Source: a virus (Duplodnaviria; Heunggongvirae; Uroviricota; Caudoviricetes). From it: 64,000 bases of DNA. How positions within the stretch are numbered: the first letter of the stretch is position 1; every line of letters begins with the position of its first letter. This document shows positions 57,685 to 64,000 of this stretch, piece by piece. The notes under the pieces are model-generated. The model saw only the letters and a list, made by a program, of their open reading frames with translations. It made no database searches and was not told the DNA's origin. The stretch lies in IMG/VR virus record IMGVR_UViG_2571042445_000002; one strand, given 5' to 3'. The position numbers and the translations under genes were made by a program.

Positions 57685-58893
57685 ATGAGTCAGCAAGTAG
57701 AATCATCAAGCCTGGAGATCATCTCAACCGCAATTGAAACGCTGCGGACACAAATCGCGCTTATACAGAAACGAAATCCGGGCGATGACCTGTCAAAGCG
57801 ACTGCATGAGAGCGTCATTGCCACTACAGATAACCTGGTGGCGGAAATCAACCAGCTCCTTGATGATGGGGCAGTTGATTACAATAAGCTGGTGGATCAG
57901 TTTGAGGAATATCAGCAAGCCGTTAATGATGGCTTGATCCGTTTTTCTCAAGTCACTGGTGTATCAGCGACAGTTGAAAGCCTGGGGGATGCAGTTAATC
58001 AATTTGCCGCGAATATGCGTAATGAGATCGGCAATCTGGAGGCGCGTCTTGAGCAGGCAAATACACTGCGCAAATCTGCTGAAGTCGATTTGAGTCGTTA
58101 CAAAAAAGACTATCCGCCAAGCCTGACAAAACGACTGGATGTTGCGGAGAAAGATAACCGCACGCTGAAAAGAGAGCGTCGGGAACTAAAAGAGCGTTTA
58201 ACCAAGCTAAATCAGCAATGCGTTGAGTATCAAGGCGAACTCGTCACACTGCGTAAAAAGTTAGCAGCGGCGCAGAGCATTATTGAAACATTGAAACGAG
58301 AGTGCTCAGAGCTTGGTCATGATCTGAATCGCGCCTGTGGCATGGGGCAAAGGCCAGAGACATTCCCGCTAATGTATGACGGAAGAGAAGCTATTGCCTA
58401 TATCCATGAGTTTCCGCATGGTCTGGTCGCGGAGACTGGGCAACGTGGCGAAGCGTTGCTGACGGCAAATTACCATCAGCAAATCAGAACCAGCCGCCTG
58501 CTGACGATGGATGTGATCCCGTCAGTATGGGGAACGCCGCTTTACTACCGAATTCCTGGCTTCGAAACTGACTGGAATACCGACATAGACGAATGTCTGG
58601 CAGATAAAATTATGGCGTACCTTGAAACGGATTTTCCACGCTTGCATCGCCGGATTATGGACTCTAAGGATGCACCGATCGACGAATTGAAAATGCGTCC
58701 AGAGACGTTGGAGGCAATCAAGCAGACTGAGTTTGATACAGTGTTCAGTGTGGCCTGCATTCCAAGCAGCTTTCATGAAAGCATTCCGTTCATGCAGGGC
58801 GATCGCCGTCAGGAAATAATTGATGCTTGCCGGGTATGGGCGAACGAGTGGGATAAGAAGAACGGTGGAGTTGAAAATCTTTACGGGAAATAA
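57685..58893 (+). CDS. hypothetical protein with N-terminal coiled-coil
   Basis: 402 aa; SD AAAGGGAAC. Confidence 0.45.
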   Translation: MSQQVESSSLEIISTAIETLRTQIALIQKRNPGDDLSKRLHESVIATTDNLVAEINQLLDDGAVDYNKLVDQFEEYQQAVNDGLIRFSQVTGVSATVESLGDAVNQFAANMRNEIGNLEARLEQANTLRKSAEVDLSRYKKDYPPSLTKRLDVAEKDNRTLKRERRELKERLTKLNQQCVEYQGELVTLRKKLAAAQSIIETLKRECSELGHDLNRACGMGQRPETFPLMYDGREAIAYIHEFPHGLVAETGQRGEALLTANYHQQIRTSRLLTMDVIPSVWGTPLYYRIPGFETDWNTDIDECLADKIMAYLETDFPRLHRRIMDSKDAPIDELKMRPETLEAIKQTEFDTVFSVACIPSSFHESIPFMQGDRRQEIIDACRVWANEWDKKNGGVENLYGK

Positions 58894-58930
58894 TGTATTA
58901 GAAAATTAAAATTGTTTTTCTAACATATTG
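58893..58930. promoter_or_regulatory. operator-like palindrome ATGTATTAGAAAATTAAAATTGTTTTTCTAACATATTG
   Basis: Half-sites ATTAGAAAA and TTTTCTAAC inverted around AATTAAAATTG; second copy AGTGTTAGAAAGTAAATTTT at 59044-59063. Confidence 0.5.
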
Positions 58931-58981
58931 ATTATGTAGTTAACTTAACATAGAATTTTTCGTGCTGGTGGGGAGCTTCCC

Positions 58982-59044
58982 ATGTCGCTTGCGGGTTTGA
59001 TAGTCACTTCATTGTCTTTCCCCACCAGCATCAAACAATTTTAA
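58982..59044 (+). CDS. 20-codon hydrophobic small ORF (MSLAGLIVTSLSFPTSIKQF) enclosed by an 11-bp hairpin; candidate type I toxin-like peptide
   Basis: Stem 58964-58974 / 59019-29 sequesters the GGGGAG SD-like element; not in ORF track (below 60 aa). Confidence 0.25.
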   Translation: MSLAGLIVTSLSFPTSIKQF

Positions 59045-59553
59045 GTGTTAGAAAGTAAATTTTAAGGTAAGGGAAAGCTCCGGCACCGTGCAAATACATG
59101 CCCGGCAGGTTTAGTGCGTAAAGTGGTTTCAGCGAGAGCATTTTACGGAGTAAACGACAGTGACTTGAGCCACGGAAGGTCTTTTTATGGTGTTCATTGA
59201 TGATGATCTGGCAGTGAGTATGTTAAGTGGGCCAGGCTGCATCGGGTCATCATCAGTGCACATCCTCAACGTTAAGGAGGCGCAGAGTTGGGTTTTCCTC
59301 TTATTTTGCTGACTCTGAGTCTCCTTAACGTTGCGGTAATGCACCTATGCGGATGTGGCCTTGCATTGTGTCTTGAAAGAATGGGGTAAGGCCGGGGATA
59401 TCCTCAGGGGGAGGCACCCCCGCTGCAACGAACAGCCACAGACGGCAGTCGAGTGATGGAAACGTGCAAAGACTTTAAACCTCGTTACGGCTGGCGTGGC
59501 AAACGCGACAACCGAGACAGAGCGGTGACGGGCGGAGAGAGAGCCGCTTCAAG

Positions 59554-59628
59554 ATAAAAGCCGACTATGGATTCCTTTCTGCGGGCCTTTGAAAGTGAAT
59601 CTTGCTCAGGCAGTCGGCTTTTATGTTG
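59554..59628 (+). terminator. hairpin ATAAAAGCCGACT ... AGTCGGCTTTTAT (13-bp stem, large loop) with U-tract
   Basis: Perfect 13-bp complementarity 59554-59566 / 59612-59624. Confidence 0.4.
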
Positions 59629-59753
59629 ATACGTAGCGATAACCGCGACAGGCGCGGCGGTAAGTATGGCGGGGTTATTCCTTCCCCGTTGAGGACACCG
59701 AGTTGCCAGGTTGACCATACGCCTAAGTGGCAATACCGCGAGTGGGATATTTG

Positions 59754-59776
59754 CCCACCTTCGGGTGGGTGTTTTT
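59754..59776 (+). terminator. rho-independent terminator CCCACC-TTCG-GGTGGG + TGTTTTTT
   Basis: UUCG tetraloop hairpin followed by T6 run; implies a + strand transcript across the ORF-poor region. Confidence 0.65.
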
Positions 59777-60238
59777 TCAGTGTTTTCGTCATGGTTAGCG
59801 ACTTTGCGGCGGTTTAGAACCCGACCATTAAAGTAAATGCAAACGATGATCTGATGATGGTAGCGGCCTAAGAAGCCTGACGCCACGGGGTATGAGTCGT
59901 CCCCCGTCAAAAAATCGACCGCAGAGTGTCCCCGTCTGTGTATTAGGGAACGGGGAGGCATAACAGGCAAGGGCGCTGGTGTGATTAACCAGATGAATGA
60001 GAAGGGTCAGGTCTTTCTGGTCAGCGCCCTTACCTGTTACGTCCCTCCCGCGTAACAGCCATTGGTTAATGGCTTTCTGGGATAATGTCTTGTAACGGGT
60101 ATATCCCGTCATGCTGAAGGCGCTAATCACGCTGGAAGCCAGGGTTATGCATCCCCTGTTACCGAATTGCAGCCAGGGCGCGGTGCGCCGAAAAGCATAC
60201 GGAGGTGGAAGCCCTCGCCGGAGACGTACCCGGCAAGT

Positions 60239-60313
60239 GATGGTGTAGCTCAGTGGTAGAGCAGTTGGCTGTTAACCAACTGGTCGGTGGTTCGAATCCA
60301 CTCACCATCGCCA
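60239..60313 (+). tRNA. tRNA-Asn (anticodon GTT)
   Basis: Cloverleaf parsed manually: acceptor GATGGTG/CACCATC, D-arm GCTC-AGTGGTA-GAGC, anticodon loop CTGTTAA, T-loop TTCGAAT, 3' CCA encoded. Confidence 0.8.
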
Positions 60314-60315
60314 AT

Positions 60316-60391
60316 GCCGGTTTAGCTCAGTTGGTAGAGCGCCTGCCTTGTAAGCAGGATGTCAGCGGTTCGAGTCCGTTAACCGGCACCA
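60316..60391 (+). tRNA. tRNA-Thr (anticodon TGT)
   Basis: Acceptor GCCGGTT/AACCGGC, anticodon stem CCTGC/GCAGG with loop CTTGTAA, T-loop TTCGAGT, CCA encoded; 2 nt after tRNA-Asn. Confidence 0.8.
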
Positions 60392-60392
60392 A

Positions 60393-60479
60393 CACAACAG
60401 GTAAGGGTATTTTGCGACGTCGGAGATCGCCGAGCTTGGCAGAGGGTTCGAATCCCTACGAAGTACCCTTACCGTTGTG
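60393..60479 (+). other. tRNA-like element: canonical T-loop (GGTTCGAATCC) and D-arm-like hairpin enclosed by a 16-17 bp inverted repeat; lacks anticodon arm (pseudo-tRNA or structured RNA)
   Basis: IR CACAACAGGTAAGGGTA 60393-60409 / TACCCTTACCGTTGTG 60464-60479; cannot be folded into a full cloverleaf. Confidence 0.3.
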
Positions 60480-60579
60480 ATGAATGCACAGGCTGATGTG
60501 CCGCAACTACAGTAGTGCGCGCTTTGCGGGGCTTGCTACAACCCTGTGTCGGAGTTCAGCACCGACCATCACAATCACT

Positions 60580-60666
60580 GGAGAGTAGGGAGCATGGTGC
60601 TCAAGCGGTCTTGAAAACCGTCCCATTGCGCAAGCGATGATGGTTCGATTCCATTACTCTCCGCCA
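60580..60666 (+). tRNA. atypical tRNA-like gene, possibly tRNA-Ser(TGA) with long variable arm and unusual D-arm
   Basis: Acceptor GGAGAGT/ACTCTCC + G + CCA; anticodon arm GCGGT-CTTGAAA-ACCGT; T-arm GATGG-TTCGATT-CCATT; D-arm atypical (5-bp stem, 3-nt loop). Confidence 0.35.
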
Positions 60667-60922
60667 GCGCAACGTTAAGAGTATTTGGCTAATTAAGCGA
60701 ATGCCGGAAGCAGAACCGGATCACCAAATGCTCTTACCATTGCGGTGAATGCGGCTAAGCGCACGCGGAACAGTTAAAACAGTAAAGGTGGTCTTTTTAC
60801 TGGCGTAACGAGAATCCATAAGTGATCCGGCGTTAATTGTTAACTGGTTAACGTCACCGGGAGGCACCCGGCACCGCAACCTAACAGCAATGGCGTTTTG
60901 TCTTAAAAGGTGGCTGCAAGTG

Positions 60923-61051
60923 ATGGATTTTTGGGCGTTTGCCGATAAAAACCCGGAGTGGACATTATTGTTTCTGCTGGTGGTTGCATACGGGGTAGAG
61001 CAAGCGGCAAAAGCCTTACGCGGTTCTGGCAAAAAGCGTAAGCGTAATTAA
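60923..61051 (+). CDS. 42-aa small membrane protein candidate (MDFWAFADKNPEWTLLFLLVVAYGVEQAAKALRGSGKKRKRN)
   Basis: Single hydrophobic helix plus basic C-terminus; SD AAGGTGG; located between tRNA-like genes; below ORF-track size cutoff. Confidence 0.3.
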   Translation: MDFWAFADKNPEWTLLFLLVVAYGVEQAAKALRGSGKKRKRN

Positions 61052-61060
61052 CAGTAATCT

Positions 61061-61136
61061 GGCCCTTTAGCTCAGTGGTTAGAGCGGGCGACTCATAATC
61101 GCACGGTCACCGGTTCAAGTCCGGTAGGGGCCACCA
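61061..61136 (+). tRNA. tRNA with CAT anticodon, ileX-like (tRNA-Ile2/lysidine type or elongator Met)
   Basis: GGCCCTTTAGCTCAGTGGTTAGAGCGGGCGACTCATAATCGC...GGTTCAAGTCCGGTAGGGGCCACCA closely resembles E. coli ileX as recalled. Confidence 0.8.
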
Positions 61137-61588
61137 CATTTGGTTGTAACACGGCGTATGGCACATGCGTCGTTAGCGGTCTGGTGTAGCTGTTAGGTAC
61201 CTTTTACTAACACTGCATGGGCACACCAGGTAGCCGGAATGTGCAAGCCCCGTTCATAGCGTCGGACTGCGGATTCACCATCCTGGCGATTCGGTGTGAC
61301 AGCCGGAAGAGCACGGCGTACAACAGGAAAAGGCGTTTAATTAGCGTGAGCGCCGTTTCCGTTGTGGTAATTGCGGCTATGCGCTCGTGACGAAGCCATT
61401 TTCATTCACTACGTTCTGATAAGTGTCGTCGCCGGGCGTGGCTAACCTGGCAGGTGGAGGCACCACCGCCACAACTCCTTTCAATTCATCATATAGCCGC
61501 TCAGGCTGTAACCCTTAATTAATACGAAGTTACGACGTCACTACCGGTTCAGCCGGGGGATAGTCGCGCGTGTAAAAAAGGAGACGTT

Positions 61589-62164
61589 ATGTTAACGGCG
61601 AACGATAACGCGTATTCAGAAGATGATCTCGTTTTGAGTGACTTTATAGGGCGACGAGAATGCTGGACGCAAAAGCGCGAGGAGCTTTATGCAGCGTTAG
61701 TTCGTAAAGGCGTCAACATCGAAACCGCACAGAACGGTGATATGACAGTGGTAAGTGTTGGACTGCACGGCGTAAGTGTGTCAGCAATCAATCATGAGCC
61801 GTACATTGCGTTATCCGAGTCGATGGTAAGGTTAGTTAAGTTCCTGAAGTACACAGAAGCGAATAACGTGATCATCGCCAAAAAGAACATCCCGTTCTCA
61901 TCGGCCTTTTACTGGATGATGAAGGGGCTTGATGCCCGGCGAACATCATGGCCTAAAGGGAGCTATATATCGATGCTCCGTGGCAGTGTTGGTAGCAAAG
62001 AAAAGCTCGTCGAATTCCTGCCGGAAGAGGCATTCGATATTGTTGAAGGTTGTGATGTGATGGTTATGCCTCGCCTGGTAATGATGAATGGGGATTTACA
62101 GGCGCAGACAGACTGGTTTGCAACTGGAGTTGATATTATCGCTACTGACTGGGAGGTTTTTTGA
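61589..62164 (+). CDS. protein with C-terminal DUF2829/Tad2-like domain (candidate anti-defence signal sponge)
   Basis: C-terminal half SAFYWMMKGLDARRTSWPKGSYI ... NGDLQAQTDWFATGVDIIATDWEVF fits the recalled DUF2829 pattern (ARRxxW ... DWEV); start may be internal. Confidence 0.4.
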   Translation: MLTANDNAYSEDDLVLSDFIGRRECWTQKREELYAALVRKGVNIETAQNGDMTVVSVGLHGVSVSAINHEPYIALSESMVRLVKFLKYTEANNVIIAKKNIPFSSAFYWMMKGLDARRTSWPKGSYISMLRGSVGSKEKLVEFLPEEAFDIVEGCDVMVMPRLVMMNGDLQAQTDWFATGVDIIATDWEVF

Positions 62165-62544
62165 TGTACGAGGCTACTAAATTACGCACTGAGGATGCGA
62201 TGCACATTGGTTGGGACATCATCACCTGCAAGATAACATCATGCAAGGCTACACGCACAGACGCCGGACACAAGAGCACAATATCAGGTTATGTCGTGAT
62301 GTCAGTCAGGAGTGTGCGCATACGCTTCAGATGGAAAGCCTGCCAGGTTACATCATCAATGCCGCTTACCGTCGAGCAGGATTATTTATGCTTACCCGAA
62401 ATAGACGGAGCGTTGCTGGTGGGCAATAGTGGTCGAAAAGCCGATTTTGAAGCCAGTCTGAAGATGGCGCAGGCGGTGATCAACAAACATAAAGGGAAGT
62501 GGGAGGCAAAAGTTAAGCATGTTGTTCGTTTATCCCGCTGGTAG
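62161..62544 (+). CDS. hypothetical protein
   Basis: 127-aa ORF overlapping previous stop. Confidence 0.35.
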   Translation: MMYEATKLRTEDAMHIGWDIITCKITSCKATRTDAGHKSTISGYVVMSVRSVRIRFRWKACQVTSSMPLTVEQDYLCLPEIDGALLVGNSGRKADFEASLKMAQAVINKHKGKWEAKVKHVVRLSRW

Positions 62545-62577
62545 TGTTAGCAAATTGATATTAATTTTCTAATACAT
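62543..62577. promoter_or_regulatory. operator-like motif AGTGTTAGCAAATTGATATTAATTTTCTAATACAT
   Basis: Inverted half-sites GTTAGCAAA / TTTTCTAAT; TTTTCTAATACAT resembles the P1 C1 operator core (CTCTAATAAAT) as recalled. Confidence 0.5.
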
Positions 62578-62651
62578 CATGTTTTTGACAGTCTTCTCAG
62601 TATTAACAAGCTGATTATCATCCCCTCGGTCTTTTTCTATCCGGGGGATAA

Positions 62652-63044
62652 ATGGAGCAAATCAGTAGCGCCGAAATAGCGGATATCATGATCAGGGCTA
62701 ACTGCTATCTGACGGTCACCGAAATCACCAGCCGTGCAAAAGCACAATATCCTCACCTTCATGTGTCGCGCGTAAACGTAAATAACATCATACGTTTTTT
62801 TGTTCGTTCCAGTCGTGCCATTTGCGAAATAGACGACCGCGTATACCCCCGGAAATATTGGTTACATGGCCTGAATGGATACCAGTTCAAGGTGCGCGGG
62901 CGCACTCCTGAATTCGGTCGGCTGTTGGTGAAAAACACCAACCGAAAGATAGAAGCTCAATTACGAAAGGAGCAGCGTCAGTTGGTGGCGATGACTAACC
63001 AGCTATGGAACGCCGCTGTGAAAAAACGTGAGGCTTCCCTATGA
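62652..63044 (+). CDS. hypothetical protein, possible late-promoter activator (Lpa-like position upstream of pacA)
   Basis: 130 aa; directly upstream of and overlapping the PacA-like gene, as lpa is in P1 (recalled); functional call by synteny only. Confidence 0.35.
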   Translation: MEQISSAEIADIMIRANCYLTVTEITSRAKAQYPHLHVSRVNVNNIIRFFVRSSRAICEIDDRVYPRKYWLHGLNGYQFKVRGRTPEFGRLLVKNTNRKIEAQLRKEQRQLVAMTNQLWNAAVKKREASL

Positions 63045-64000
63045 CGTTAATTAACTGGGAAGCGCATCGAGCTAAGTTCCTGGAGTTAAGAGAAGAAACC
63101 GGGATCACCATAAAAGAATATTGCGAGCAGCATGACCTCAGCTTTAACACCGCCAGAAAGCATCTCAATATGAAAAAAAATGAGGTTAAGGCGAAAGCTA
63201 AGGCTACCGGGAAAAGTACAAAACAGCGCGCAAAAAGCAGTGCCACCGGCTCAAAAAAAGAGCAAAAAAAGGCTAATAAAAGCACAGAATTTACAAAAAC
63301 TGACAAATCGTTGGCTGGTGGACGGTTCCGCGCCATGCCGCAAAAACAAAATGCGGATCACAAAGAAAAGCCAAGTAATAACAACAAGATACACAAGGAT
63401 GTGAAGGGATCATTTTGTGATGAAATGGGAGAAATGATCCCTAAAAGCAGCGATAAAGCCCAACGAAACAAGGGATCATTGCAAATGATCCCTGATTCAT
63501 CAGCTCAAAGCACCACTTTGCCTGCCACCAACGTCGCCCGTGAGATGATGAAGAACGGCGCGACTGAACATTTACGACTTGCGATACAGATGGCGCAGGA
63601 ACGAGCAATTCAGTATCAGGCTATCGTTGACCAGGAAGCGGAGCGACTACAGGAAGAGATTGACGCTCTCGGTGATACACAGCCAGAGGGGATGCACCCA
63701 GGGCAGCGTCTTCTCGGACTGATCAGCGATGCGGCCTACTACATGAATGACTTTATCACCAGGCTGGCAGCCATCTATCAGAACGAGCAGAAGCTACGCC
63801 AGGGGGATGAAAAACTTGCGCAGGGCGCGCGTCAGCAGGCATTCAGGGAGGCTGAGGCCAGAGAAAAACTGGCGATTGCCCGCCTACAAGCCGAGCAGCG
63901 TGGCAAGGAGATTGAGTATCGCATTGGCGCTGACGCACGCGCCGCCAGGGTTATCGCCGCCGCTATACGTATGCGTGAGCGCGAGGAGCTGGATGATATA
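63041..64000 (+). CDS. pacA: PacA-like terminase small subunit / pac-recognition protein, 3' end outside window
   Basis: Open frame from ATG 63041 to window end (not in ORF track because unterminated); N-terminus MTLINWEAHRAKFLELREETGITIKEYCEQHDLSFNTARKHL parallels P1 PacA N-terminus as recalled. Confidence 0.5.
   Translation, partial: MTLINWEAHRAKFLELREETGITIKEYCEQHDLSFNTARKHLNMKKNEVKAKAKATGKSTKQRAKSSATGSKKEQKKANKSTEFTKTDKSLAGGRFRAMPQKQNADHKEKPSNNNKIHKDVKGSFCDEMGEMIPKSSDKAQRNKGSLQMIPDSSAQSTTLPATNVAREMMKNGATEHLRLAIQMAQERAIQYQAIVDQEAERLQEEIDALGDTQPEGMHPGQRLLGLISDAAYYMNDFITRLAAIYQNEQKLRQGDEKLAQGARQQAFREAEAREKLAIARLQAEQRGKEIEYRIGADARAARVIAAAIRMREREELDDI
63406..63491. other. pac-like site: four TGATCCC/GGGATCA elements (GATC-containing) in alternating orientation inside the pacA 5' region
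   Basis: GGGATCA 63406-63412, TGATCCC 63434-63440, GGGATCA 63472-63478, TGATCCC 63485-63491. Confidence 0.45.

Noticed and set aside
59456-59557. 33-codon ORF (METCKDFKPRYGWRGKRDNRDRAVTGGERAASR) starting at an AGTGATGGA context after the first AGGCA hairpin
   Set aside because: Highly basic, non-hydrophobic, no SD and overlapping the large stem-loop terminator; more likely non-coding leader sequence, though the shared start context with the 60923 ORF is noted.
59839-59871. Short frame GCA AAC GAT GAT CTG ATG ATG GTA GCG GCC TAA (ANDDLMMVAA) resembling a tmRNA tag-coding sequence (E. coli tag starts GCAAACGAC...)
   Set aside because: No tmRNA 5' acceptor strand (GGGG...) at the expected distance upstream and no T-arm/ACCA end about 270 nt downstream; the 8-nt identity can occur by chance. 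Would need a tmRNA covariance search to settle.
59485-59970. 161-aa minus-strand ORF (and overlapping 59565-59817 ORFs) in the structured region
   Set aside because: Arg/Pro-rich low-complexity translation typical of chance ORFs in GC-rich structured DNA; overlaps hairpins and terminators; no SD.
1-64000. Searched for integrase and att sites that would indicate a chromosomally integrated prophage
   Set aside because: No tyrosine or serine integrase-like ORF recognised; replication and partition genes are present instead, consistent with plasmid maintenance. Absence within 64 kb is not proof.

Overview
This 64-kb window reads as a segment of a P1-like temperate phage-plasmid from an enterobacterial host; all calls come from reading the sequence and ORF track by eye with recalled family knowledge, no database search was run. 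Main content: (i) a plasmid maintenance block with a RepA-type iteron replicon (DnaA boxes, GATC cluster, 21-bp iterons), a ParA/ParG-like and a ParM/ParR partition system each with candidate centromere repeats, and HigBA and HicAB toxin-antitoxin modules; (ii) myovirus structural genes (capsid candidate, sheath, Sit-like tape measure, baseplate, PAAR, a long repeat-containing tail fiber plus assembly chaperone) and spanins; (iii) DNA-modification and anti-restriction candidates: a Dam methylase overlapping a short C5-methylase-like gene, RdgC, and a 2278-aa DarB-like methyltransferase-helicase downstream of a lydA/darA-like operon; (iv) an immI-like icd/antirepressor pair, a tRNA cluster (Asn, Thr, Ile/Met-CAU plus two atypical tRNA-like elements) in a 2.7-kb structured non-coding region, and a PacA-like gene with a GATC-rich pac-like site at the window end. 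Most noteworthy observations: an operator-like motif (TGTTAGAAAAT / TTTTCTAAC) dispersed in at least 11 intergenic sites, three hairpins with identical AGGCA loops and covarying stems around the tRNAs, a possible -1 frameshift site (A AAA AAG) at the capsid gene terminus, a hairpin-occluded 20-codon hydrophobic ORF, and a DUF2829/Tad2-like candidate anti-defence gene. Many products are hypothetical and several start codons are uncertain.
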